DNA of 64,000 nt from Pseudomonadota bacterium (GCA_043821645.1 JBDRCO010000113.1:151053-215052); one strand, 5' to 3'; counted from the first letter of the stretch, positions 19,786 to 28,862 are shown. Numbers and translations: made by a program. The notes: generated by a model not told the origin, from the sequence alone.

Positions 19786-20802
19786 GTGCCACTGTGCTCG
19801 CGCTTCATGGCTCGTGTCATCCGCGTCGCGGTCGCTGCCACAGCCTGTGGGGCTTGCGCCACCACACCCAGCACCACAAGCACTTCCGGCCAGGCCACAG
19901 CCTCCGACGTCACCGCCGAGGACGCAGCGTCGGGCCGCGAGCTGCAGCTGCACGAGGTGTTTCAGCATTTCTTCAGCATGCCCGCCGGCGTCGAGATCTC
20001 GCCCGCTCTGCGCAGTCCGCAGACCCTCGACGACGTCAAGAGCGTGATCCGCAGTGACAACTTTTTCTTGTACGAGGGCGCAGATCGCTTTTTCGAAAAA
20101 TACCTACTCGACCATCCCAATGACGTCGAGGCCATGGCCTGGCAGGCCCAGATGCACCTGGCCTGGGCCGACTCGGCGCTGGTCACGGAGCACGCCCTGG
20201 GACGCAGCATCGAGCAGTTGCACAAGCAAAAGGACAACTTTGCACAGCTGTCGCAGGACGGCAGCCTGAGCGCGGACACGCGCAGCAGTGCGGCCACCCG
20301 CGCGCGGGAGACAGGGTGGTTGCTCGACGCCACGGTGGATGCCCGCGACCGCCTGCGCGGCCTCGCCGTGGGCAAGCTGCACAGTGCCCAGGAGCGCTGC
20401 GCCCTGGTGCTCGAGCTGGCGCCGACCTCCTACCTGGGCACGCGACTGAGCGCCGACCTGTACCGCCTGTCCGAGCAGTGGCCCGAATTCGAACGCACCG
20501 TGGCCGAGCTGGAAAAGAAGCAGCCCGACAGCGCAGGCCTGCACTTTCAAAAAGGCGTGGACGCCTACAAGCGCCAGCACGACCTGGCCCTTGCCGAGAA
20601 GGAGCTGAAGGCGTCGCTGGCCAGGGACGAGAACTTCGTCAAGGCTCGTTACACCCTGGCCCTGGTGCTCCTCGCCAGCGGTCGGATCGACGAGGCCTCG
20701 GCAGCTATCGAGCTGGTGCTGAAGCAAAGCCCTGGCCATCCGCTGGCACACTCCGTCAAGAAGTACATCGCCGAACTCAAGCAGGCGGCCTTGCCGGTCT
20801 GA
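19786..20802 (+). CDS. TPR-repeat protein, probable lipoprotein
   Basis: GGAGGT RBS; ACGAC lipobox-like motif; C-terminal TPR-like helices (ARYTLALVLL..GRIDEA...P.HPLA). Confidence 0.75.
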   Translation: MPLCSRFMARVIRVAVAATACGACATTPSTTSTSGQATASDVTAEDAASGRELQLHEVFQHFFSMPAGVEISPALRSPQTLDDVKSVIRSDNFFLYEGADRFFEKYLLDHPNDVEAMAWQAQMHLAWADSALVTEHALGRSIEQLHKQKDNFAQLSQDGSLSADTRSSAATRARETGWLLDATVDARDRLRGLAVGKLHSAQERCALVLELAPTSYLGTRLSADLYRLSEQWPEFERTVAELEKKQPDSAGLHFQKGVDAYKRQHDLALAEKELKASLARDENFVKARYTLALVLLASGRIDEASAAIELVLKQSPGHPLAHSVKKYIAELKQAALPV

Positions 20803-20810
20803 TTATCTCA

Positions 20811-20941
20811 GGGGGGGGCGTCGGGCGCCCCCTCTGCGTCGGGCACAGGTCCCGGCGCATTCACCCCCGCCAGCGCTTTCACGGACACCTCGCGGCGCTG
20901 TGCGCGCTCGGTGCCGATGTCACCTTCGGGGGCGTCGGGCG
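20811..20941. repeat. Structured intergenic repeat element, copy A (REP/BIME-like)
   Basis: GGGGGCG-loop-CGCCCCC-TC-TGC[stem]GCA-TTCACCCCCG...TCGGGGGCGTCGGGCG; same architecture as 30222-30334. Confidence 0.65.
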
Positions 20942-21014
20942 ACCAACACCTGGAAGCTCGTGCCCTCATCATGCAGCGCGCCAACCCAGTGAACGCTGGA
21001 CGACAGGGGCTTCG

Positions 21015-21449
21015 TCACCTGCCCTTGTTCCCGATTCGCAACGCGAACAAGCTGCCCTTGCCCGCCGGGCCACCGTCGCTGGCCGGGCGCTTGGACGGGG
21101 CCTCGGCACCCGTGACCCCGCTGGCGCGCGCGGCGTCGAACAGCCCCGCGTTCTCGAACAGGGCAGTAGCTGCCGTGTCCGAGAGCAGCAACACGCTCAC
21201 CAGCTCGCTCAGCTGCACCACCGCGCTCTCGGCGGCGTCACCGGCCTCGCGCTGCAGCTTGCCCGCCACCGCCAGCAGGTCCAGCGCCACGGTCTCGCGC
21301 CGCCCCTCGGGTACCGCCGCCAGGCGCTCGCGCCAGAGTTCCACGTCGTCCTCGTAGAGCAGCACGTCGCCCTCGACCAGAGCCATGGCGTGCAGAAGCT
21401 CCTGGGCCTCGCTGCACAGCTCGCCAGGTGCGACTGGAGCTTCGCTCAT
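21015..21449 (-). CDS. Hypothetical acidic helical protein
   Basis: ATGA overlap with the nadE-like stop; coding-type codon bias. Confidence 0.7.
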   Translation of the reverse strand: MSEAPVAPGELCSEAQELLHAMALVEGDVLLYEDDVELWRERLAAVPEGRRETVALDLLAVAGKLQREAGDAAESAVVQLSELVSVLLLSDTAATALFENAGLFDAARASGVTGAEAPSKRPASDGGPAGKGSLFALRIGNKGR

Positions 21450-22495
21450 CGCTTTCTCGCTTTCCCGCGTCGAGTGCTCTTGCTTCGATGCGTGGTCGCA
21501 TCACCGGCGAAGGGCTCGGGGCGCCATAGCGCTGGCGAGCCAAAGGCCTTGTGATGGCCGGCCATCACCAGATCGATCACGCGCATGAACTCGTCCCGCC
21601 GCAGGTCGGTGGAGCTCAGGACCTCGAGCAACTCGGCCTCGTCCCAGGGCACCACACCTTCGGCTTCGATGCGGCACTGGCCGATGATCACGTCGAGGGC
21701 AGCGCCGATGCGCGTGTAGGGCATGCCCAGCTCATCCTCGGCATCCTGACCCTTCCAGTAGCCCGGAGACGCGGGCTTGGCCGACAGGCGCAATGCCAGC
21801 TCCTCGTCCACGGCCGCGAGACCGACGCGCAGCAGTGCGCGCACCTCGTCCTTGTGCAGTCCGGTGATGGGAAACAGATCTGCGGTGGTGCCCTTGCTCG
21901 AGTAACCCAGGTAGGTCTCGTCGAGATCACCGGTGCCGACCACCAGACAACCGGTCCGGTTAGCCTCGTGGTAGAGCACGTCGTTGCGCAGACGCGAGAC
22001 CAGGTTCCCCTGCACCAGGCGACGCTGGGCCGCCGACACCGTGCCCAGTCGCCGCGTCATGCTCGCAAGCACGGGCCGGAGATCGATGAGGGTGTAGGGC
22101 AGCTGCAGGGCGTCCAGCAAGGCGCGAGCGTCGTCGAGATCTTGCGGATCACCACCGCAGGGCAGCAGATAGGCCCGGCTGCGCTCGGGCACAGCCCGCG
22201 CGAGCAGCACCGCCGCCAGCGAGGAGTCCACACCCCCCGAGACGCCGAGCACGCAACCACGCGCCCCGATGCGATCGACCTGGGCTCGGATCCATCGTGC
22301 GATCAGATCCAGGGCTCGGAGACCTGTTCGGTGGGTCAGTGCCTGCCAGCTGGCCTCGATGCGCTGCACGCGGCGCCAGGAGGCAGCCTGGCGAGCATTC
22401 CGCTGACGCAGGGCAGACAGGAGGGCAGGTCCGTCATCCGACGGGCGACGACGAGGAGAACGAGCGTGGGACGGTTTTGCTCGAACAGCGGGCAC
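21446..22495 (-). CDS. NAD synthetase (NadE)-like ATP pyrophosphatase, divergent
   Basis: GVSGGVDS PP-loop, GN..SRLR, LVVGTG...E...GY..K, K.ASPG.W.GQ..EDELG..Y, HK near the C-terminus. Confidence 0.82.
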   Translation of the reverse strand: MPAVRAKPSHARSPRRRPSDDGPALLSALRQRNARQAASWRRVQRIEASWQALTHRTGLRALDLIARWIRAQVDRIGARGCVLGVSGGVDSSLAAVLLARAVPERSRAYLLPCGGDPQDLDDARALLDALQLPYTLIDLRPVLASMTRRLGTVSAAQRRLVQGNLVSRLRNDVLYHEANRTGCLVVGTGDLDETYLGYSSKGTTADLFPITGLHKDEVRALLRVGLAAVDEELALRLSAKPASPGYWKGQDAEDELGMPYTRIGAALDVIIGQCRIEAEGVVPWDEAELLEVLSSTDLRRDEFMRVIDLVMAGHHKAFGSPALWRPEPFAGDATTHRSKSTRRGKARKR

Positions 22496-22501
22496 GTCGG
22501 C

Positions 22502-22993
22502 TCACTTGCCGCCGGGACGCCCCTTGGTGCTGCTCGTCCGGGGACGCGACACGGTACGGGTGGGGGTCGTGGTCGTGCTGCCCTTGCCGCTGTTGGTTGT
22601 CGGACGACGCACGGTGCGCCGCGTGGGCCGACTCACGCTGCCCTTACCACTGCCGGTCGACGGCCGGGTGGCGCCCTTGCCGCTGCCCGTCGAGGGGCGG
22701 CTAACCTGATCCTTCTGTGCGGTGTACTGCGCCTTGACCGCGCTGTAGAGCGTGGTGGCGATCTTGACCTCGCGACCGGCCAGACCCTGCTGGGTCGAGC
22801 TGGCGCCCTCGCGCTTGATCTCACCGAGCAGCTTCTTGGCGCCGTCAAGCACCTTCTTGGCGCGGTCGAGATCGCTGGCGGTCACCTTTCCGTCGGCGAT
22901 GGCCTTGAAGGCGGTCTTTGACAGCTGTCCGGTGGCGCGCGCGTCACCGGCGGCCTTGGCGGTCTTGGCCTGCAACTTGGCGATACTGGTCAT
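22502..22993 (-). CDS. Hypothetical protein with helical N-terminus and Ser/Thr/Arg-rich RP.T.SGKG repeats; candidate RiPP precursor
   Basis: GAGGAG RBS; C-terminal repeats RPSTGSGKG x2, RPTTNSGKG, RPRTSSTKG, ending RPGGK. Confidence 0.75.
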   Translation of the reverse strand: MTSIAKLQAKTAKAAGDARATGQLSKTAFKAIADGKVTASDLDRAKKVLDGAKKLLGEIKREGASSTQQGLAGREVKIATTLYSAVKAQYTAQKDQVSRPSTGSGKGATRPSTGSGKGSVSRPTRRTVRRPTTNSGKGSTTTTPTRTVSRPRTSSTKGRPGGK

Positions 22994-23109
22994 GCCCCAC
23001 TCCTCGGTCGACCTGCGACCCTGGTCCGCGCATAGTAGTATGAGCGGTTCGTTGGTCTTCTATCACAAGCCATGGATTTTTGGCGGGGACTGCTGCCAGG
23101 GGAGCAAGC

Positions 23110-23922
23110 GTGGCCAAGAAAGTGGCAACCGCCAAAACCGCGGTCTGGCCAGCCCATGATCTACGCTTTCACCGGGCCACGCGTACCTGGAGCCGCGCAG
23201 CCCGAGATGCGCAACGTCGGCTCCCGGCCGAGCCTGCGGTGCGGCCGGTGGGATCTGGCCCCGTGATCGAACTCCCGCTGGTGAGCGATGCGATCGGTGT
23301 TTCCCTGTTCGAGGCGCTGGCCCATCGGGAATCCGTGCGCGCCTACGCCGATGCTCCGCTCACCTTGGTGCAGCTCTCCCTGCTGCTGGGGCTGTCCGCG
23401 CAGAACACCGCAGGCCCCTGGACCTCGCGCGGCGACGGCATCGAGCGCGTGGCGCGCCTGTACCCCTCGGCGGGAGGCCTGCATGCCCTGGAGCTGTACC
23501 TCGCGCTCGACGACGGCAGCGTCGAGGGGCTGGCGGCGGGACTCCACCACTACTGTCCGCAACAGCACGCCTGTGAATGGCTGTGCGGACGGGTCGATGC
23601 GATCGAGATCCTGTTCGAGCGAGCCCGCAGTGTTCTCGATTCGGGCCGGCGCCCTCCCGTGCTCGTGCTCATCACCTCCCGCATGGCCCGCGCACGATCG
23701 CTGTACCCGGCCACGGCCTACAGCATGGTGCTCAAGGAGGTCGGCGCACTTTTGCAGACCCTGTACCTTGCGGCGACGGCGCTGGGCCTGGCGCCCTGTG
23801 CCCTGGCCGCCCTCGACGATGGGTCCCTGCTCGAAGACTGCGCGCAGCTCGATGCCCGGCGTGAGCCCCTGCTTGGCGAGCTCGCCATCGGACTCCCCCG
23901 GTCAGGCTCACCAGCACGGTGA
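23110..23922 (+). CDS. SagB/ThcOx family FMN-dependent dehydrogenase (nitroreductase fold)
   Basis: W..HDL.FH..TR, R.SVR.Y, YPSAGGLH.LELY, GLHHY.P..H, Y..VLKEVGALLQTLYLAATALGLAPCA. GTG start follows a GGGAG RBS. Confidence 0.85.
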   Translation: MAKKVATAKTAVWPAHDLRFHRATRTWSRAARDAQRRLPAEPAVRPVGSGPVIELPLVSDAIGVSLFEALAHRESVRAYADAPLTLVQLSLLLGLSAQNTAGPWTSRGDGIERVARLYPSAGGLHALELYLALDDGSVEGLAAGLHHYCPQQHACEWLCGRVDAIEILFERARSVLDSGRRPPVLVLITSRMARARSLYPATAYSMVLKEVGALLQTLYLAATALGLAPCALAALDDGSLLEDCAQLDARREPLLGELAIGLPRSGSPAR

Positions 23923-24013
23923 GTCGCGCAGGCGTTGCGCAGTGCGGCAACCTGACCTATGTCACGTTCCATCACAAGAAACGGGCACCGCGTGCCCGCT
24001 CATGGAGGACCTC

Positions 24014-24382
24014 ATGCTTCGCCGCGCCCTGTTCGTGTTGCTCCCCATCCTCACCCTCGCGTGCACCAAGCCTGCCGAGACTCCGGCCGCCGTGGAACCC
24101 ACCAAGGCCCCCGAACCGGTCGCGGCACCTGCCCCGGTCGCACAGCCTGCCGAGGCTGTTGCCGCCGAGCCCGCGTCGCAGCCTGCCGAGGCCGCGGCCG
24201 CAGCAGTCGCCTTCCCGGCCGAGCTGGTGGGTACCTCGGTCAAGGACCCGGTCTGCAACATGGACGTCACGGTCAAGGCCGACTCGCTGCACAGCGAGCA
24301 CGAGGGCAAGCACCAGTTCTTCTGCTCGGCCAACTGCAAGGAGAGCTTTGACAAGGATCCGGGCAAGTACGCGGCCAAGTAG
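24014..24382 (+). CDS. YHS-domain lipoprotein (metal binding)
   Basis: GGAGG RBS; lipobox TLAC; Pro/Ala linker; DPVCNMDV...H.FFCS..CK..F..DP.KY. Confidence 0.88.
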   Translation: MLRRALFVLLPILTLACTKPAETPAAVEPTKAPEPVAAPAPVAQPAEAVAAEPASQPAEAAAAAVAFPAELVGTSVKDPVCNMDVTVKADSLHSEHEGKHQFFCSANCKESFDKDPGKYAAK

Positions 24383-24409
24383 GCTGTCGCTCTCGCACAC
24401 CGACGAGGC

Positions 24410-24766
24410 TCAGCCCCCGGCCGATCCGCCTCGCTCCTCGACAAAGCGCGTGATCCGCACGTGGTTGTCACCACTCAGGTCCACGAAGCGCAGGTGAGTC
24501 ACGGGTCTGTTGCCGTGCCAGCCGGCGCCCACCACCTCGGCCTTCACCTCGATGGGCAGCTCGTCTCCAGGGAGCGAGAACCGCAGGTTCACGATGGTGC
24601 CCACCTCGTGCGCCAGCCCGAGATCGAAGCGTAACCCACCCGGCGAGATGTCCACCGCACGGCAGAAGGTCTTCTCGCTCGCGTGGTGCTGATCGACCCA
24701 CAGGTCGACATCAACGCGGGTCTCCAGCCGCCGCTCTGCTTCCCTGTCCTCGTCTGTCGTGCTCAT
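24410..24766 (-). CDS. PilZ domain protein
   Basis: ERR...R and DISPGG c-di-GMP-binding motifs. Confidence 0.85.
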   Translation of the reverse strand: MSTTDEDREAERRLETRVDVDLWVDQHHASEKTFCRAVDISPGGLRFDLGLAHEVGTIVNLRFSLPGDELPIEVKAEVVGAGWHGNRPVTHLRFVDLSGDNHVRITRFVEERGGSAGG

Positions 24767-24927
24767 GCATGCACCCTGGGGAGGTTGTCCTCCTGATCCT
24801 GACGCCTGTGCCCCGCCAGCGCAACCCACGGCCGCGCAAGCTGTTGGAAGAACCCGACATCGGTCATTTGTATGAGGGACACCTACATGGTGCGAGTCGA
24901 TACTACCCTCGAATCAAGGAGGCCATC

Positions 24928-26523
24928 ATGTCCGCAGCCGTCAAGCACCGCGTGGTTCCCTCCGAGGCTGCCCGCGTCCGCAAGGATCTCTCTTTGGTGC
25001 AGGATTCGGTGCGCCGGGGCGACTGGCTGAGCAAGGGCGACAGGGGAGCCGACGTGCAGGCCCTGCAGCGCGGCCTGCGCGACGCCGGGGTTTACAGCGG
25101 CAAGATCAGTGGTGTTTTTGACCAGGCCACGGGCCAGGCCGTGCGCGCCTACCAGAAGGCCCGCGGGCTGACCGTGGACGGCGCCGTGGGGCCGCAGACC
25201 CAGGGCTCGCTTAAGGCCAACAATCTCTTCGTCAAGGACGGCTTCGTGACTGCGGCGCGAGCCGGTCAGTCGGGCCAGGACATCCTGGCCGCCGAGAAGA
25301 AGCTGGCGGCCCTGGGTTACAAGACCGGCAAGGTCGACGGGGTGTTCGACAGCAGCACGGCCAGCGCGGTGCAGGCCTTTCGCGCTCGCGAGACCAGCCT
25401 GCCCGACGGCAAGAAGGAACTCGACCGGGCCGTGTGGCAGCGCCTGCAGCACGTCAACCAGAGTCAGGTGGCGCCCAAGCAGAACACCACCCGCCAGCGC
25501 CAGATCGGTTCGCTGCAGGAGCACCAGCGGCTGGACGACCTGACCGCGCGCACCGCCGCCGCGGGCAATCTGCATGCGGGGACCAAGGGGCGCGCCGCGG
25601 GTAACCTGCAGCGCCACCTCAAGGCCGCAGGCATCAATCCAGGCCCGGTGGATGGCGTGTACGGGCCCATGACCAGGGACGCGGTCAAGCGCTTCCAGAC
25701 CCAGAGCACGCTGCCCGCCACTGGCAAGGTCGACGCCAAGACCTGGAGCGCGCTGCGCGATCGCCTTTTTGCAGCCGGTGGCAAGGCCTCGCCTGCGCAG
25801 AGCAAGGGTGAACACGGAGCCGCGGTGCTGCACACCGAGAAGCAGCTCAAGACCCTGGGCTACAACGTGGGCAAGGTCGACGGACGCTACGACGCTGCCA
25901 CGACTGGCGCGGTGTCGCGCTTTCAAGCCAAGCACGGCCTGTCGCAGACAGGCCAGGTCAACACGGCCACCCTCAAGGCCATCGACAAGACGGTCGAGGC
26001 CAAGAAGCCGCGCGCGGATCGCATCATCGATGATTTCAAGACCACCCCGCCCAAGAACGACTACAAGGTGCAGACGTGGCGAGGGGTCAAGGTCAACGGC
26101 CGCACCCGTGAGATGATCCAGCGCGCCGAGTTCATCATGCGGCACAAGTACGGCCACAAGAACTTCACCTTTGCCATCACCCAGGGCAGCTACAACAAGG
26201 GCGGCGTGGCCGCCAGCGCTGGCACCCACGACGGCGGCGGCGCCGTGGACATCCGCACTCGCGACTCTTCGAAGTCGACCGTCGACCACATGGTCAAGGC
26301 CATGCGCGAGGCCGGCTTTGCCGCCTGGAGCCGGGGTCGGGGCCACGACAGCTTCTCGCCCCACATCCACGCCATCGCCATCGGCGACCGCGAGGCGGCC
26401 TGGCTGGCCAAGTCGCAGGTCAAGAACTACGCGGCCGGGCGCAATGGCCTGTCCAACAACGCCCTGGACCCCGATCGCTCCCTGGGTCGGCCAGTCCCGG
26501 CGTGGGCGCGCAAGTACCTGTAA
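24928..26523 (+). CDS. Peptidoglycan hydrolase with four PG_binding_1 domains and a C-terminal Zn peptidase (M15-like)
   Basis: AAGGAGG RBS; four V..LQ..L...G....DG.FG..T..AV..FQ repeats; SAGTHDGGGAVD...HIH catalytic motif. Confidence 0.85.
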   Translation: MSAAVKHRVVPSEAARVRKDLSLVQDSVRRGDWLSKGDRGADVQALQRGLRDAGVYSGKISGVFDQATGQAVRAYQKARGLTVDGAVGPQTQGSLKANNLFVKDGFVTAARAGQSGQDILAAEKKLAALGYKTGKVDGVFDSSTASAVQAFRARETSLPDGKKELDRAVWQRLQHVNQSQVAPKQNTTRQRQIGSLQEHQRLDDLTARTAAAGNLHAGTKGRAAGNLQRHLKAAGINPGPVDGVYGPMTRDAVKRFQTQSTLPATGKVDAKTWSALRDRLFAAGGKASPAQSKGEHGAAVLHTEKQLKTLGYNVGKVDGRYDAATTGAVSRFQAKHGLSQTGQVNTATLKAIDKTVEAKKPRADRIIDDFKTTPPKNDYKVQTWRGVKVNGRTREMIQRAEFIMRHKYGHKNFTFAITQGSYNKGGVAASAGTHDGGGAVDIRTRDSSKSTVDHMVKAMREAGFAAWSRGRGHDSFSPHIHAIAIGDREAAWLAKSQVKNYAAGRNGLSNNALDPDRSLGRPVPAWARKYL

Positions 26524-26538
26524 GGCTTGGGGCGAGCC

Positions 26539-28041
26539 TCACTCGAACTGCCAGCTCGCGATCTCGATGCCAAGCACCGTGGCGGTGCTGAGCAGGGCCA
26601 GACCTCCCACGCCAGCCGTCACCAGGCCGCCAATGCCGAGCCCGCTGGCCAGGCTGTTGAAGGTGGCCGTGTCGTCGGCCCAGTGCGCATCCACCGCCGC
26701 GCCGTGGGCGATCCAGGCACCGCCGTAGCTGGCGCCGCCGACCAGGATCACCGCACCCGAGATGGTGGCTGGCAGGATGTAGGGCGCGAGCACCAGGCGC
26801 GCGATCTCCCAGGGACTCAAGGCCACGGCCTCGGGCGGCGGGGTCGGAGCCTCGGCGTGCTGCTCGGCGAAGGTTGTGCCGAAGGGCTGCTCGAACAGGT
26901 GCCGCTCGAAGTAGTCGTCCAGCAGGCCGCGGCTGGCCGTGGTGGCCGCGCTGTGCGCAGGACCGAGCGCAGCCACCTGCACGCCCTGCACCTCGACCGG
27001 GCGTTCGCGGCCGTCGACGACCAGGGCCAGCGGCGTCGAACCCATGAGCATCAACCAGAAGCGCTGGGCTGCCTCCTTGTTGAAGTCGGCCTGCCTGAGC
27101 CAGCTCGCGTCGTGCAGTGCCGCGTGCCCCTGCACCTGCTCGTCGACACGCAGAAAGGTGGCCTGGTGGGCGCGGTTGAGGTCGATGACGACGGTGTCAC
27201 CACGTCCCGAGGGCCCGCGTATGGTGGGGCTGAGTCGGGCCACCGGGTTGTGGATGCGCGCGTTGGCCGCGGCGACGAAGGCATCGAGTTCGGCGTAGGT
27301 GATGCGCCTGTCGTCGTCGAGATCTGCGGCGCCGAGCAGCCCCGATCGCACCTCGTAGCTGAACACGCCCGAGAGCAGGCGCTCCCACTCGTGCACCTCG
27401 GCGCGGCCGCTGGTCGACAGGATCAGCCCCGCGCGCTCGAGGCCCTTGAGCCCCGGCTCGCTGGCCGCTGCGGGCACCCGATCACCGTAGTAGCCGCCGC
27501 CACGGGCGCTGACCAAGAGAGCCGCGTTGCAGGCATCCACCATCACCGTCAGCTCGACCTGTTCGGCCACCTCGCCCAGCGCAGCGGCGAGATCGCGCTG
27601 GGTCAGCCCCCCGTCGGACAGGTAGACGAGCCCACGCCCCTCGCGGTCGACGTCACCGTGGCCGGAGTATGCAAACAGCAGGGCCGGTTGCTGACCTCTT
27701 TGCCGTGCTGCCTCCAGCCTCTCACGGCTGTCGGCGATGGCCCCGAGCACAGCCTGGCGCGAGGGTGCCTGCGGCGACACCGCGGGGAACAGCAACGCGG
27801 TCTCGTCGTCGAGCTCGGCGAGCAGGGTGACGCGATCGTCGGTCTGGCCCAGTAGCAGCGACAGGCGCACCGCATCGTCGTCCGCAAAGCGCAAGGGGGG
27901 CAATGCGGGTCGGGGCGAGCGGTTGAAGCCGACGATGATGGCCTCGCGATAGCGCTCGGGCTGTAGCGCGCTGGACGCCTGGGTCTGCGCCTCGACCTGG
28001 CCGAGGGCGAGGCCCAGCAGCAGCAACGAGGCCGTGATCAT
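26539..28041 (-). CDS. Caspase-family (peptidase C14) protein with signal peptide and C-terminal membrane segments
   Basis: LRFADDDA, YSGHG and DAC catalytic dyad, GAADLD.D..IT..EL. Confidence 0.85.
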   Translation of the reverse strand: MITASLLLLGLALGQVEAQTQASSALQPERYREAIIVGFNRSPRPALPPLRFADDDAVRLSLLLGQTDDRVTLLAELDDETALLFPAVSPQAPSRQAVLGAIADSRERLEAARQRGQQPALLFAYSGHGDVDREGRGLVYLSDGGLTQRDLAAALGEVAEQVELTVMVDACNAALLVSARGGGYYGDRVPAAASEPGLKGLERAGLILSTSGRAEVHEWERLLSGVFSYEVRSGLLGAADLDDDRRITYAELDAFVAAANARIHNPVARLSPTIRGPSGRGDTVVIDLNRAHQATFLRVDEQVQGHAALHDASWLRQADFNKEAAQRFWLMLMGSTPLALVVDGRERPVEVQGVQVAALGPAHSAATTASRGLLDDYFERHLFEQPFGTTFAEQHAEAPTPPPEAVALSPWEIARLVLAPYILPATISGAVILVGGASYGGAWIAHGAAVDAHWADDTATFNSLASGLGIGGLVTAGVGGLALLSTATVLGIEIASWQFE

Positions 28042-28862
28042 GGCGCCGCCCGGTCCACCAGCAGCACGTTCTCTATCTGCACCACCGGCGAGCCAGGCCA
28101 GGTGATCTGGGCCAGGTCCTCACCCCGGGCACGGGCCGCAGCCAGCAGCCCTTCGATCGCATCCAGACGTATGGGTTGGGCGCTGAACAGCGCCACCAAA
28201 CGCAGCCGCCCCGCGTGGTGACGACGGCCCAGCTCGGTCTCATAGGGTAGGGCCTGCGGGGCCGCAGCGACGGACAGAGAGATAGACTGACCCTCGTCAG
28301 GCAGGGGATAGTACCAGAAGGGCTGCAGGGCATCGTCGACACCGAACAGGAACAGCCGGTTCCTGCTTGGGTCGTTGCAGCGCGCACTGAAGCGCAGGCG
28401 CTGATCCAGGGGCACGCCCTCGGGTCGGCGCGCGTCCACCACCAGGCCGGTGTTCGGGTCCACCGCCGCCACGCCGAAGCCCTGCTCGACCACGGCCGCA
28501 TCGCCACCACGAGCGACCAGGCCGCTGTCCCGATCCGGGATCGCGATGGTGAACACCAGCGCCGCTGCCAGGGCCGCTGCGGGCGCCAGCACGAAGGCCG
28601 CCCACCAGCGTCGCTGCTCCCGGGGCCTGGCCTGCACCGCGGGATCGGCAAGCACGGCCTGGAGCACGCGGTGCGCGGACAGGCGCTCGGCCCCCTCGCC
28701 GAGAACCGCCCTCTCCTGACCGGCGCGCTCGTCATACACCCGCCGACATTCATCGCAGTCGGCGACGTGCGCGCGCAGCTCGCGCAGACCTCCGGCGTCG
28801 AGCTCACCCGCGAAGTAGGCATCGATGCGCCGCCGCGTATCGCTGTGTGCCGTCTCAGTCAT
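28038..28862 (-). CDS. zf-HC2 anti-sigma factor with one TM helix and a periplasmic domain
   Basis: HVADCDEC motif, one TM helix, ARGG motif; overlaps the ECF and caspase genes. Confidence 0.82.
   Translation of the reverse strand: MTETAHSDTRRRIDAYFAGELDAGGLRELRAHVADCDECRRVYDERAGQERAVLGEGAERLSAHRVLQAVLADPAVQARPREQRRWWAAFVLAPAAALAAALVFTIAIPDRDSGLVARGGDAAVVEQGFGVAAVDPNTGLVVDARRPEGVPLDQRLRFSARCNDPSRNRLFLFGVDDALQPFWYYPLPDEGQSISLSVAAAPQALPYETELGRRHHAGRLRLVALFSAQPIRLDAIEGLLAAARARGEDLAQITWPGSPVVQIENVLLVDRAAP

Noticed and set aside
24860-24910. GTCGATAC as a sigma28-like -10 element upstream of the wall hydrolase
   Set aside because: No correctly spaced -35 element found; too weak to call.
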